A stretch of DNA of 64,000 bases, taken from the NCBI GenBank assembly GCA_963816215.1, contig CAWFKB010000003.1, forward strand, positions 6,839 to 70,838, read 5' to 3'. Source of the stretch: an uncultured Chloroflexia bacterium (GTDB lineage Bacteria; Chloroflexota; Limnocylindria; QHBO01). Positions within the stretch are counted from its first letter, which is position 1, and every line of letters begins with the position of its first letter. Of this stretch, positions 1 through 9,353 are shown piece after piece. A program made the position numbers and the translations under genes. The notes below the pieces were generated by a model. That model was given only the letters and a program-made list of their open reading frames with translations, was not told where the DNA came from and searched no databases.

Positions 1-636
1 GCCGGCCCCCTCGAGGATGGCCTCGAACATGGCCGGCTCGGGCTTGCCGATGACGAGTGGGCTGACGCCCGTCGCCGCCTGCACGGCGTCGACCATGGCC
101 CCGGCCCCGGGCCGGAACCCGTCGGGTGTGGGATAGCGGGCATCGGCGTTGGTGGCCACGAACTGTGCGCCAGCTCGGATGGCCGCCGCGGCCGCGGCCA
201 GGCGAGGCTCGTCGAAGTCGAAGTCCACGCCCACCAGGACGGCATCGACCCGAGGCACCGAGCCGGCCCGGGCCGCGTCTGCAGCGGGAAGGACCTCGAA
301 TCCCGCTCCGCGCAGCTCCTCGACCATCCCGCTCGCCCCCACGGTCATGACAGACCGAACCTGGGGCGAGTGCCGTCGGAGGTGCTCGATCGTGGCCGAC
401 ACCGAGGTCACGATCTCCTCGGGTGTGGCGATGATCCCCATGGCTGTCAGCCGCGTCGCGAACTCTGGGCGGGTCGACATCGAATTGTTCGTCGCGTAGC
501 GGACCGCCATCTTCGCCTCGTGGAGCCGAGCCACGAGCTCCGGAGCCCCATCCACGGGCTGCGTCCCTCGGTACATGACCCCGTCCAGGTCGAAGATGAG
601 CAGCCTGAGTGGGGCGTGAACCGGCTCGGATGCCAT
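1..636 (-). CDS. HAD-superfamily hydrolase, subfamily IIA (NagD-like sugar-phosphate/nucleotide phosphatase). N-terminal part only; the C-terminus runs off the window start.
   Basis: Reverse-strand translation starts MASEPVHAPLRLLIFDLDGVMY (DxDG motif I) and continues with ATNNS, VGASGM and GKPEP motifs typical of HAD-IIA. ATG near 634-636. Not in the ORF track because it is cut by the window edge. Confidence 0.6.
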   Translation of the reverse strand, partial: MASEPVHAPLRLLIFDLDGVMYRGTQPVDGAPELVARLHEAKMAVRYATNNSMSTRPEFATRLTAMGIIATPEEIVTSVSATIEHLRRHSPQVRSVMTVGASGMVEELRGAGFEVLPAADAARAGSVPRVDAVLVGVDFDFDEPRLAAAAAAIRAGAQFVATNADARYPTPDGFRPGAGAMVDAVQAATGVSPLVIGKPEPAMFEAILEGAG

Positions 637-674
637 GGCGGCCGATTCTACGGGCCGACCGCGGCGGAAATTTC

Positions 675-704
675 TTGAGTCCCTCGCCAGAAGGCGGCTA
701 TCAT
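675..704 (+). promoter_or_regulatory. Putative sigma70-like promoter (TTGAGT-18-TATCAT) upstream of the BMP SBP gene
   Basis: Hexamers read directly in the 170-nt intergenic leader. No experimental support. Confidence 0.25.
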
Positions 705-805
705 GCGGCCGTCTCGCACGGGCTCTGCCCTCAGGGCCCCGAGCGTTGCCGCGTGATGTACGCCGCGGCGGATCCATCCCGTTATGGAGGGCGGAAGGAG
801 AACGC

Positions 806-1945
806 ATGCGGAAGCGGAATTACGCATTCAGCGCGTTGTTTGTGTCCTTTGCGCTGGTGCTCGCAGCCTGTAGCAGCGGCCAGATCGACACCGGTGCCGG
901 GCTATGCCGAGAGATCGGTGACAACCTGGCAGCCGAGGCATCGGCGCCGGCGGCTGGCGCGACAAGTGACCTGACCATCGGTCTAGTGACCGACGTGGGC
1001 ACCCTGGATGACCACAACTTCAACCAGTACAGCTGGGAAGGTGCGGTTCAGGGCGCGACGATCACCGGTGGTGAGGCAAACAGCATCGTCACCACCAACT
1101 CCGCGGACTACGCGGACAACATCCAGTCGTTCGTGGACGATGGCACCGACATCATCGTCACCGTTGGTTTCGCCCTTGGCGCGGCCACCCTCGAGGCGGC
1201 CCAGGCCAACCCTGACATCCACTTCGTGGGTGTGGACCAGTTCCAGGGCAATGATCCGACGGGCAATTACGAGTCGCTGATCTTCAACGAGGCCCAGGCC
1301 GGCTACCTGGCCGGTATCGTGGCCGCGTCGATCAGCGCAAGCGGCGAAGTAGCGGCGCTCGGTGGATCGGGAACGATTCCGCCGGTCGTGAACTACATGC
1401 GTGGCTTCGAGAATGGCGCGCACAGCGTCAATCCCGACGTGGTGGTTGACCTGAAGTACGTCAGCAACGACCTGGCGGTCGCGTTCAACGACCCGACCAC
1501 CGGCAAGTCCTTCGCTGACGAGTTCCTGTCCGTGAACCCCGACGTGGACGTCCTGTTCCAGGTCGCGGGCAAGACCGGCAACGGCATGCTCGACTCCGTC
1601 GTTGCGCACGGCATTTACGGCTTCGGCGTGGACGTGGATCAGTGGATCTCGTACCCGTCGGCCCAGATCTGCCTCGTGACCAGCGCCGAGAAGCACCTGA
1701 CCAAGGCGGTCAGCGAGGCCATCACGACCTTCGCCTCGGGCGACGCGCGTGACAGCAACGTCTTCTACGGAGCTGACAACGACGGGATCGGCCTGTCGCC
1801 GTTCTACCAGTTCTCGGATCTGATCACGTCCGACGTCCAGACGGCTATCGACGATGCCTTCAGTGGCATGGCCGATGGCTCGGTGGATCCGTGCCAGCCC
1901 TCCGGGCTGTGCTACGCGGGCGAAGAGGACCTCGGAACCGAGTAG
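806..1945 (+). CDS. BMP-family ABC transporter substrate-binding lipoprotein (PnrA/Med-like, nucleoside-binding)
   Basis: Internal start MRKRNYAFSALFVSFALVLAACSS with an LAAC lipobox and GGAAGGAG RBS. BMP hallmarks LTIGLVTDVGTLDDHNFNQ and DIIVTVGF follow. Starts an operon with the ATPase and permeases. Confidence 0.85.
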   Translation: MRKRNYAFSALFVSFALVLAACSSGQIDTGAGLCREIGDNLAAEASAPAAGATSDLTIGLVTDVGTLDDHNFNQYSWEGAVQGATITGGEANSIVTTNSADYADNIQSFVDDGTDIIVTVGFALGAATLEAAQANPDIHFVGVDQFQGNDPTGNYESLIFNEAQAGYLAGIVAASISASGEVAALGGSGTIPPVVNYMRGFENGAHSVNPDVVVDLKYVSNDLAVAFNDPTTGKSFADEFLSVNPDVDVLFQVAGKTGNGMLDSVVAHGIYGFGVDVDQWISYPSAQICLVTSAEKHLTKAVSEAITTFASGDARDSNVFYGADNDGIGLSPFYQFSDLITSDVQTAIDDAFSGMADGSVDPCQPSGLCYAGEEDLGTE

Positions 1946-1972
1946 GACTCGCCGAGTCGTACCAAGCCCATC

Positions 1973-2002
1973 GAGCGGGCCGATCTTCGGATCGGCCCGC
2001 TC
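1973..2002 (+). promoter_or_regulatory. Intercistronic stem-loop (13-bp perfect stem, UUCG tetraloop) between the SBP and ATPase genes
   Basis: GAGCGGGCCGATC ttcg GATCGGCCCGCTC read directly. Resembles the mRNA-stabilising or partial-terminator hairpins seen after SBP genes. Confidence 0.45.
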
Positions 2003-2020
2003 GTGCGTTCATGACCAACC

Positions 2021-3595
2021 ATGACGGCTGAACAGACGACGACCGCCACCGGCGCCACCGCCCCACCGCTCGAGATGCGGGGCATCACGAAGCGGTATCC
2101 GGGGGTGACCGCCAATGACAGCATCGACCTCGTCGTGCGTGCCGGCGAGATTCACGCCCTGCTGGGCGAGAACGGCGCCGGAAAGACGACCCTCATGAAC
2201 GTCCTGTACGGCCTGGCCGTGCCTGACGCTGGCGAGATTCGCCTGCATGGCGAGCCGGTGACCATCCTGAGCCCACACGACGCGATCGATCGCGGAATCA
2301 GCATGGTCCACCAGCACTTCATGCTGGTACCGGTCCTGTCGGTGGCCGAAAACATCCTCCTGGGCGAGGAGCCGGTCAAGCGACGGATCTTCCTGGACCG
2401 ATCCGGCGCCCGAGAACGCATCCGGGAGCTCGGCTCCCGCTTCGGCTGGGAGATCGACCCCGACCGCAAGGTCGGCCAGCTGTCGGTGGGCTGGCAGCAG
2501 CGGGTCGAAATTCTCAAAGCGCTCTATCGCAACGCGAAGGTGCTCATTCTCGACGAGCCAACCGCCGTGCTCACTCCCCAGGAGACGCGCGAGATCTTCG
2601 ACGTCCTGCGCCGCCTTCGCGACGAGGGGTACGCGATCGTCTTCATCTCGCACAAGCTGTACGAGGTCCTCGAAGTCGCCGACCGGATCACCGTCATCCG
2701 ACGTGGGAAGGTCGTCGGGGAGCGGATCCCCGGCGAGACGAACGAGGACGACCTGGCCGAGCTGATGGTCGGGCGCGAGGTACAGCTCACGGTCGATCGC
2801 GGAACGAGCCATCCAGGCGATCCGATCCTGACCGTCGCGGACCTCCACGTGCGCGACGACCGAGGCGGAGAGGTCGTCCACGGCGTGTCCTTCACCATTC
2901 GTGCCGGGGAGATCTTCGGGATCGCAGGGGTGGGCGGCAACGGTCAGGACGAGCTGGTCGAGGCCCTGACCGGGCTCCGCAAGCCGACCTCCGGATCGGT
3001 CCGCCTGGGGGAGGCCGACGTCACCGGGGTCGGGCCACGGCGCCTCCACCAGGCGGGCGTCGGGTTCGTGCCCGGCGATCGACAACGATTTGGGCTTGTC
3101 CTTTCGTTCCCCGTGTCCGACAACCTCGTCCTGAACGACTACTACCATGCGCCGTACAGCCGTGGCCTGGTGCGGGACGAGGCGGCGATCCTGCGCGACG
3201 CGGAGGACGTGGTGGTCCGCTACGACATTCGGACGCCCTCGGCCACGGTCAGCGCCGGCACGCTGTCCGGGGGCAATCAGCAGAAGGTCATCGTCGCTCG
3301 CGAATTCGAGGGGGAGCTCAAGCTCCTCGTCCTCGACCAGCCGACGCGGGGCCTCGACGTGGGATCCATCGAGTTCATCCACCGGCAGGCCATCGCCCGC
3401 CGCGACGCCGGGATCGGGATCCTGCTCGTCTCGGCCGAGCTGGACGAGATCCTCGAGTTGAGCGACCGGATCGCGGTCATGTACCGCGGCGCGATCGTGG
3501 ACGTGCTCGACGGCCGGACGGCCGATCGCGAAACGGTCGGCCTTCTCATGGCCACCGGCGGCCGGACGGCGGAGCCCGAGGAGGCGGCCTCGTGA
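2021..3595 (+). CDS. ABC transporter ATP-binding protein with two fused ATPase domains (nucleoside/sugar type)
   Basis: Walker A GENGAGKTT in the first domain, LSVGWQQRVEI signature, and a second LSGGNQQKV signature in the C-terminal half. 524 aa. Confidence 0.9.
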   Translation: MTAEQTTTATGATAPPLEMRGITKRYPGVTANDSIDLVVRAGEIHALLGENGAGKTTLMNVLYGLAVPDAGEIRLHGEPVTILSPHDAIDRGISMVHQHFMLVPVLSVAENILLGEEPVKRRIFLDRSGARERIRELGSRFGWEIDPDRKVGQLSVGWQQRVEILKALYRNAKVLILDEPTAVLTPQETREIFDVLRRLRDEGYAIVFISHKLYEVLEVADRITVIRRGKVVGERIPGETNEDDLAELMVGREVQLTVDRGTSHPGDPILTVADLHVRDDRGGEVVHGVSFTIRAGEIFGIAGVGGNGQDELVEALTGLRKPTSGSVRLGEADVTGVGPRRLHQAGVGFVPGDRQRFGLVLSFPVSDNLVLNDYYHAPYSRGLVRDEAAILRDAEDVVVRYDIRTPSATVSAGTLSGGNQQKVIVAREFEGELKLLVLDQPTRGLDVGSIEFIHRQAIARRDAGIGILLVSAELDEILELSDRIAVMYRGAIVDVLDGRTADRETVGLLMATGGRTAEPEEAAS

Positions 3596-4719
3596 CCGGG
3601 GACCGATCCCTGTCCCTCGCCAGGATCCGGTCGGTCGTCCTGGTTCCGTTCCTGGCCATCGTCCTCGCTCTCATCACGGGCGGCGTGATCATGATCCTGT
3701 CCAGCCCGTTGGTCAGCGGCTCGTTTGACCTCACCCTTCCCATCACGGCGTACGTCGCCCTGTTCGAGGGCGCGTTCGGCTCCGTCGATGCGTGGATCAA
3801 GACCCTGGTCAACGCGACCCCACTCATCCTGGCCGGATTCGCGGTCGGCATCGGCTTCAAGGCCGGTCTGTTCAACATCGGCGGCTACGGCCAGTTCCTG
3901 ATCGGCGCGCTGGGGGCGACCACGGTTGCCCTCGCCCTGAACGACGCCTCGCCGTGGGTGGCAGTCCCGCTCTCCCTGCTGGGAGGGATGGGCGCGGGAC
4001 TGCTGTACGGGATGATCCCGGGCATCCTCAAGGCGTTCAGCGGCGCCCACGAGGTCGTGACCACGATCATGCTGAACTACGTCGCGGTCTTCATCGTGTC
4101 GTACGTGATCGGCGGCCCGCTTCGCGGCGAGAACGTCACCTACTCCCGGACCGACGACATCGTCGCAGCGCGGCTCCCGATCATCCTCGGTGACGCGGGG
4201 CACATCGGAATCCTGCTGGCCGCGGCCTCCGTGCCCATCGTATGGTGGTTCCTCTTCCGCTCGACCATCGGTTTCGAGGTCCGCACCACGGGCGCCAACA
4301 GCGAGGCGGCCCGCTACGCCGGGATGAACCCGCGTTGGCTGATCATCTTCACGCTGTCGTTGTGTGGGCTCTTTGCCGGGCTGGCCGGCGCGACCCAGAT
4401 CCTGGGCGAGGTGGGCTACATGCCGGCCTCGTTCGCCACCACGGTTGGGTTCGATGCCATCGCCGTGGCGCTCCTGGGCCGGGCCAACCCGGTGGGCATC
4501 CTCTTTGCCGGGCTGCTCTTCGGCGCCCTCCAGGCCGGCGCCGGACCGATGCAGATCGAGGCCGGGATCCCGGTCCAGATCGTGAGCGTGCTCCAGGCGG
4601 TGATCCTGTTCTTCCTGACCGCCGAAGTGCTCGTTCGGCGGATCTTCCGGGTCAAGGCCGACACCAAGGCGTTGGGCGAGGTCCCGAACCTGTCCGGCTC
4701 ATACGCGGCGCGGCGCTGA
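3592..4719 (+). CDS. ABC transporter permease (BMP/nucleoside system, YufP-like)
   Basis: Polytopic membrane protein. Start overlaps the ATPase stop by 4 nt. Confidence 0.85.
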   Translation: MTGDRSLSLARIRSVVLVPFLAIVLALITGGVIMILSSPLVSGSFDLTLPITAYVALFEGAFGSVDAWIKTLVNATPLILAGFAVGIGFKAGLFNIGGYGQFLIGALGATTVALALNDASPWVAVPLSLLGGMGAGLLYGMIPGILKAFSGAHEVVTTIMLNYVAVFIVSYVIGGPLRGENVTYSRTDDIVAARLPIILGDAGHIGILLAAASVPIVWWFLFRSTIGFEVRTTGANSEAARYAGMNPRWLIIFTLSLCGLFAGLAGATQILGEVGYMPASFATTVGFDAIAVALLGRANPVGILFAGLLFGALQAGAGPMQIEAGIPVQIVSVLQAVILFFLTAEVLVRRIFRVKADTKALGEVPNLSGSYAARR

Positions 4720-4723
4720 CGAC

Positions 4724-5794
4724 GTGGAAGTCCTGTACGACATCCCGGTCATCGGGCTGCTGATCCAGTTCGTCGTGTACCTCGCCGGTCACACCCCGGT
4801 GATCGCTCCCATCATCGTGGCCGCGGCCGTTCCGGTCGCCCTGGGCGCCCTGTGCGGGTTCATGAACGAACGCTCGGGGGTGGTGAACATCGGGATCGAG
4901 GGCATGATGCTGACCGCCGCTTTCGTGGCCTGGTGGGTGGCCTCCATCGTCCAAGGGATCATCCCCTCGTCGGGGAGCTCGCTTCCGTTCGGGATCACCC
5001 TCCCGTTGCTGATCGGACTGGTCGCCGCCATCGCGGCCGCCTGCGCAGTCTCGGCGGTCCATGCCTGGCTGTCGATCACGGTCCGGGCCGACCAGATCAT
5101 CAGCGGCACGATCATCAACATCTTCGCGATCGGGATCACGGGATATCTGAACCTGCTCATCAGCCAGCAGGCGCCGGCCACGGCTGGCGCCTTCAGCTCG
5201 ATCAGCCTGCCCAAGGCGGTGACGGACCTACCGGTTATTGGCTGGCTGCTGGATTCGTTCATCGCGGTGGGGCCGATCGCGTTGACCATGCTGATATCGG
5301 TCATCGTGCTCCAGATCCTGCTCCACCGCTCCCGCTGGGGCTTGCGGACCAAGGCGGTCGGCGAGCACCCCAAGGCGGCCGAGACAGTCGGAATCGACGT
5401 CATCAAGCTGCGCTACCGCAACGTCATCCTGGGAGGGATCTTCGCGGGACTGGCCGGCGCCTACCTCACGATCGAGTTCGGCAGCTCGTTCCAGGGGGGC
5501 ATGACGAACGGGCGCGGGTTCATCGCCCTCGCAGCGCTCATCTTCGGCCGCTGGACGCCCATCGGCTCGTTCGGGGCGGCACTCCTGTTCAGCGCGTCCG
5601 TGGGCATCGAGCGTCTGATCCGGTTCGTCCCACCCGAAGGAACCCTGGGCGACATCCTGACCAGCATCCCGTTGGAGTTCTACGAGGCGCTGCCGTACCT
5701 CGTCACGATCATCGTGTTGGCCGGGGTGGTGGGCCGGAGCATCCCGCCGGCGGCGGACGGCCGCCCGTACGAGCGCGAGTCGAAGGCGGCCTAG
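4724..5794 (+). CDS. ABC transporter permease (BMP/nucleoside system, YufQ-like)
   Basis: Polytopic membrane protein with a GTG start 5 nt after the previous stop. Confidence 0.8.
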   Translation: MEVLYDIPVIGLLIQFVVYLAGHTPVIAPIIVAAAVPVALGALCGFMNERSGVVNIGIEGMMLTAAFVAWWVASIVQGIIPSSGSSLPFGITLPLLIGLVAAIAAACAVSAVHAWLSITVRADQIISGTIINIFAIGITGYLNLLISQQAPATAGAFSSISLPKAVTDLPVIGWLLDSFIAVGPIALTMLISVIVLQILLHRSRWGLRTKAVGEHPKAAETVGIDVIKLRYRNVILGGIFAGLAGAYLTIEFGSSFQGGMTNGRGFIALAALIFGRWTPIGSFGAALLFSASVGIERLIRFVPPEGTLGDILTSIPLEFYEALPYLVTIIVLAGVVGRSIPPAADGRPYERESKAA

Positions 5795-5795
5795 C

Positions 5796-6881
5796 TCAGC
5801 TGACCGCGGCGGCGACCATGGGGGCGGCGAGGACGGAGACGCGACCGGCGACCACCCGGGAAACGTCGCGCAGCGCCGCGGCCGCGGCCGAGCGATCTGA
5901 GTCGGGATGCTGGGCTGAGGTGATCGGGACGCCCGCGTCGCCGCCGGCTCGGACGGCTGGCTCGAGCGGGATCCGGCCGAGCACTTCCAGCCCCAGCTCA
6001 CGGGCCATGGCCTCGCCGCCGCCGGACCCGAACAGGTCGTGCTCGGTCCCGCAGTGAGGGCAGATGAAGCCGCTCATGTTCTCGACCACGCCCAGAGTCC
6101 GGACGTTGACCTTGGTGAACATGGCGATGGCCTTGCGGGCGTCCATGAGGGACGCCTCCTGGGGCGTGGTCACGATCACCGCGCCGGACAACGGAATGAG
6201 CTGGGCCAACGACAGGGCCGCGTCCCCGGTTCCCGGCGGAAGGTCGATGACCAGGTAGTCCAGGTCGCCCCACTCGACGTCACGCAGGAACTGCTGAATG
6301 GCAGAGTGGATGAGCGGCCCGCGCCAGATGACCGGCGCGTCGCCGGTGAGGAAGTACTGGATGGACATCATCTTCACACCGTGGCTGACGACCGGGTTCA
6401 CGCGCCCCGCGTTGCCGGTCACGTGGCCTTCCTGGGTGCCCATCATGAGCGGCACGTTGGGCCCGGTGATGTCCGCGTCCAGGAGGCCTACCGAAGCGCC
6501 CTCGCGGGCGAGGCTGACGGCCAGGTTGACCGCGACGGTCGTCTTGCCCACCCCGCCCTTGCCGGACGCGACCGCGATCGTGTTCCGGACGCCGGGGATG
6601 AGGTCGGCCATGGGACCGCCAAAGCTGCGCTTCACGTTGGCCGCCCACTCGATCCGCACGGCGCCGGCCCCAATCCCGGTCAGCTCGTCGGCGATGTCCG
6701 ACTCGATCTTGGCCTTGAGAGGGCAAGCCGGGGTGGTGAGCTCCACAGTCACGGTGACCAGGGAGCCTTCGATGTCGATCCCGCGCACCATGTTCAGCGA
6801 CACGAGGTCGCGCCCGATCTCCGGGTCCGTGACCCGAGAGAGGGCAGCCATGATCGCGTCGTCGGTCAGCACGATGGTCAC
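5796..6881 (-). CDS. Mrp/ApbC-family Fe-S cluster carrier ATPase with an N-terminal MIP18/DUF59 domain
   Basis: Deviant Walker A GKGGVGKTT, and CPHCG in FICPHCGTEHDLFG for Fe-S ligation. Confidence 0.9.
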   Translation of the reverse strand: MTIVLTDDAIMAALSRVTDPEIGRDLVSLNMVRGIDIEGSLVTVTVELTTPACPLKAKIESDIADELTGIGAGAVRIEWAANVKRSFGGPMADLIPGVRNTIAVASGKGGVGKTTVAVNLAVSLAREGASVGLLDADITGPNVPLMMGTQEGHVTGNAGRVNPVVSHGVKMMSIQYFLTGDAPVIWRGPLIHSAIQQFLRDVEWGDLDYLVIDLPPGTGDAALSLAQLIPLSGAVIVTTPQEASLMDARKAIAMFTKVNVRTLGVVENMSGFICPHCGTEHDLFGSGGGEAMARELGLEVLGRIPLEPAVRAGGDAGVPITSAQHPDSDRSAAAAALRDVSRVVAGRVSVLAAPMVAAAVS

Positions 6882-6924
6882 CCCCCGAGGGTATCAGAGG
6901 ACCGGGTTGACCGTTCCGGGCGCC

Positions 6925-7779
6925 TCAAGCCAGGCCGTCGAAGAGGCCAGCCGCAGCATTCGTGGCTAAACCGCGCAGGTTCGACACCGCAAGCCGGTAG
7001 TGCTCGGTGGCGAGCCACTCGTCGCGGACCGCGGGATCCCAGCCGGCGTACGGTCCGGAGGATCCGGTCTGCGATACGTGCCGCTCGATGGCCGCCAGCT
7101 TGAGCTGGGCCAGCTCCCCCAGGGACAGGGCGACCGTTGGGGCGTCGGTCGAGCCGTATTCGGTGTGCGGCGCCATGGTGCCCAGGACCGCCAGCCGTTC
7201 AGGTGGGACGGTGAGGTGGAACAGCTTGGCGATCTTCCAGGCCACCTGGTCCTCCTCCAGGTCGTCCTCGTAGGCGAACGGCTCGCTGGCCTGCTTGACA
7301 GCCTCGTCCACCGCCCGCGAGAGGGTGACGTGGTCCGCGTCGCCGGTGATCCCGTCCGGGCCGAAGGTCAGGACGACCTCGGGCTGATGCATGCGGATGG
7401 GCTCCACCAGGCGACCGACGAGGTTGTGGAAGTCCACGCGGTCCAGGTCGCCCTCCGCGTAATCGAGCATGCGGAGAACGCGGACACCCAGCAGGGCGGC
7501 GGAGCGGCGCATCTCGTCCTCGCGGACGGTGTCGAGGTTGCGCCACCCCAGCGGCTCGAGCAGGTCGCGGTTCCGGCCCCCGGGAGCGGCCGGTTTCATC
7601 GTGATCCGGGCGTCGAAGTAGCCGCGCGTGGCGCACACGACCGCGACGTACGCCCCTTCCGCCGCCGCCTGGGCGATCGCGCCACCGAATCCAAACGCCT
7701 CATCGCCCGGGTGGGCGACGATGACCATCAGGCTGCGGGCAGGATTCCGTTCGCGGACGGGCCGCCAGATCGACGACAC
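6925..7779 (-). CDS. PIG-L family deacetylase (LmbE/MshB-like)
   Basis: VAHPGDEAFGFGG motif near the N-terminus. Confidence 0.75.
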   Translation of the reverse strand: MSSIWRPVRERNPARSLMVIVAHPGDEAFGFGGAIAQAAAEGAYVAVVCATRGYFDARITMKPAAPGGRNRDLLEPLGWRNLDTVREDEMRRSAALLGVRVLRMLDYAEGDLDRVDFHNLVGRLVEPIRMHQPEVVLTFGPDGITGDADHVTLSRAVDEAVKQASEPFAYEDDLEEDQVAWKIAKLFHLTVPPERLAVLGTMAPHTEYGSTDAPTVALSLGELAQLKLAAIERHVSQTGSSGPYAGWDPAVRDEWLATEHYRLAVSNLRGLATNAAAGLFDGLA

Positions 7780-7797
7780 GGCGCCGAGTCTACAGGG

Positions 7798-8949
7798 TCA
7801 GACCTCGAGCTCGAGGGCTACCCGGGCGGCCGGATCACGGGTCCGATGCCGCGCTCCCGGGACCCGCTCGGCGGCAGGGACGCGGTCCAGGAAGCTGGCC
7901 TGGTGCCCGGTCTCGATGGCCTGCTCCACCTCCTCGGGGGACAGGATGTCCTGGCGGAGGACGAGCGCGAACTCGTCGCGCAGATAGCGCTCCAGGATCT
8001 CCGGACCATCGGTCGAGAGGGTGAAGAGCACGCCGTTATCGACCAGCGCCCGGAGATGGGTGCGCAGCTCGGGCAGCCCACTCACCACGCCGGTGCTCAG
8101 GTTGGACGAAGGGCACACCTCCAGCACGACGCCCCGCTCGTGGAGCATGGCCATGACCTTGGGATCGGTCGCACTCCGAATGCCGTGACCGATGCGCGCC
8201 GGGTCGAGCGCCTCCACGGCCTCCTGGACCTCGTCCGCACCACCGGTTTCGCCCGCGTGGACGGTAATCCCCAGCCCGGCGCGGCGGCACTCGTCCATGA
8301 CGTCGCGGTAGTCCGCAAATCGGAAGTCCGCAACGACCGGGCCGGCGATGTCGATCCCGATCACGCCGCGGCGCTGCCAGCTGATGGCCTTGGACGCGAG
8401 GATCTCGTTCAGGTTGCGGCTGAATGCGCGGTCGAGGCAGAAGATGAGCCCGGCCTGGACCTGCGGATACTCGAGGATCGCGCGGTCCATCCCGCGCACC
8501 GCGGCCGCGATGATGTGGTCCAGGTCCTGCTCACCGCCGCGGTTGCGCTTCATCGGGTTGAATCGCAGCTCCAGCCGGGTGATGTTGCTGCGCCGATAGG
8601 CGCCGCCGATGACCTCGTAAACGCTGCGCTCTACGGCGAGCGGGCTGGACTGGATCAGCTCGGTCCAGTGGAATAGGTCCAGGTACCCGTTGAACGTTCG
8701 GCGACGGCGTGTGCCCAAGGTGATGAGCTCGCGAAAGGCCCAGTAGTCCTTGGTTGGCAGGCGGATCCCCTGGGCGTGGGCGATGCCCCACATGATGGCC
8801 GGTGAAACGGCCGCTCCAAGGTGGACGTGGAGCTCGCTGAGGGCGGTCTTGGGATCGATCCGCGGTCGCGCCAATGCGGCACCCGGTGCGAGGTTCCGGG
8901 GAGTGTAGCAGCAGGGTTGGGGCCGAGACCCGATGCTAGAATCGGCCAC
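7798..8949 (-). CDS. add: Adenosine deaminase family protein
   Basis: ELHVHLGAAV, RFNPMKR, HAGE and RIGHG metal-binding/catalytic motifs. True start may be internal to the tracked ORF. Confidence 0.8.
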   Translation of the reverse strand: MADSSIGSRPQPCCYTPRNLAPGAALARPRIDPKTALSELHVHLGAAVSPAIMWGIAHAQGIRLPTKDYWAFRELITLGTRRRRTFNGYLDLFHWTELIQSSPLAVERSVYEVIGGAYRRSNITRLELRFNPMKRNRGGEQDLDHIIAAAVRGMDRAILEYPQVQAGLIFCLDRAFSRNLNEILASKAISWQRRGVIGIDIAGPVVADFRFADYRDVMDECRRAGLGITVHAGETGGADEVQEAVEALDPARIGHGIRSATDPKVMAMLHERGVVLEVCPSSNLSTGVVSGLPELRTHLRALVDNGVLFTLSTDGPEILERYLRDEFALVLRQDILSPEEVEQAIETGHQASFLDRVPAAERVPGARHRTRDPAARVALELEV

Positions 8950-8951
8950 CG

Positions 8952-9329
8952 ATGGACCTCAAGGGACTGATCGAGTCACTCGCCACCGGCTGGGCCGAGC
9001 GGCTCACCATCCTCGTCCCCCTCGCCCTCATCGCCCTGCTCGGTCTGTACGTCCTGTATCTGCTGATCGGGTACCTCCATGCCTCGAACCAGGGCATCGA
9101 GGCCGAAGCCGTGGGTGGTGAGGCCGTGATCCCCGACCCCGGGTCGGCGGGAACGGCGGTCGCGCCAGCCCGCGGGACGCCGTACTGCCCGGTGGACGGT
9201 CTTATCCACCCCGCTGGAGCCGTCTATTGCGCACGGTGCGAGGCGGACCTGGCCCGCGACTGCACGACCTGTGGGACGACCATTCGGGCCGTCGACGCCG
9301 TCTGCTACCAGTGCGGAACCCGCCAGTAG
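8952..9329 (+). CDS. Small membrane-anchored protein with a C-terminal double zinc-ribbon
   Basis: One N-terminal TM helix, then CPVDG...CARCE and CTTCG...CYQCG. Confidence 0.5.
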   Translation: MDLKGLIESLATGWAERLTILVPLALIALLGLYVLYLLIGYLHASNQGIEAEAVGGEAVIPDPGSAGTAVAPARGTPYCPVDGLIHPAGAVYCARCEADLARDCTTCGTTIRAVDAVCYQCGTRQ

Positions 9330-9353
9330 CGAACCCCCGGGAGCGAACCTGGT

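Noticed and set aside
637-805. Possible purine riboswitch in the 170-nt leader of the BMP nucleoside SBP gene
   Set aside because: No recognisable purine-riboswitch core (the conserved U-rich junction and paired loop motifs). Only a weak promoter-like element is reported.
2009-3382. 457-aa minus-strand ORF antisense to the ABC ATPase gene. The same applies to 983..1696 -, 3277..4203 -, 4789..5406 - and 5228..6001 -.
   Set aside because: Antisense or alternative-frame open frames, expected by chance at about 70% GC. Their translations are Arg/Gly/Pro-rich with no motifs, and they overlap well-supported genes.
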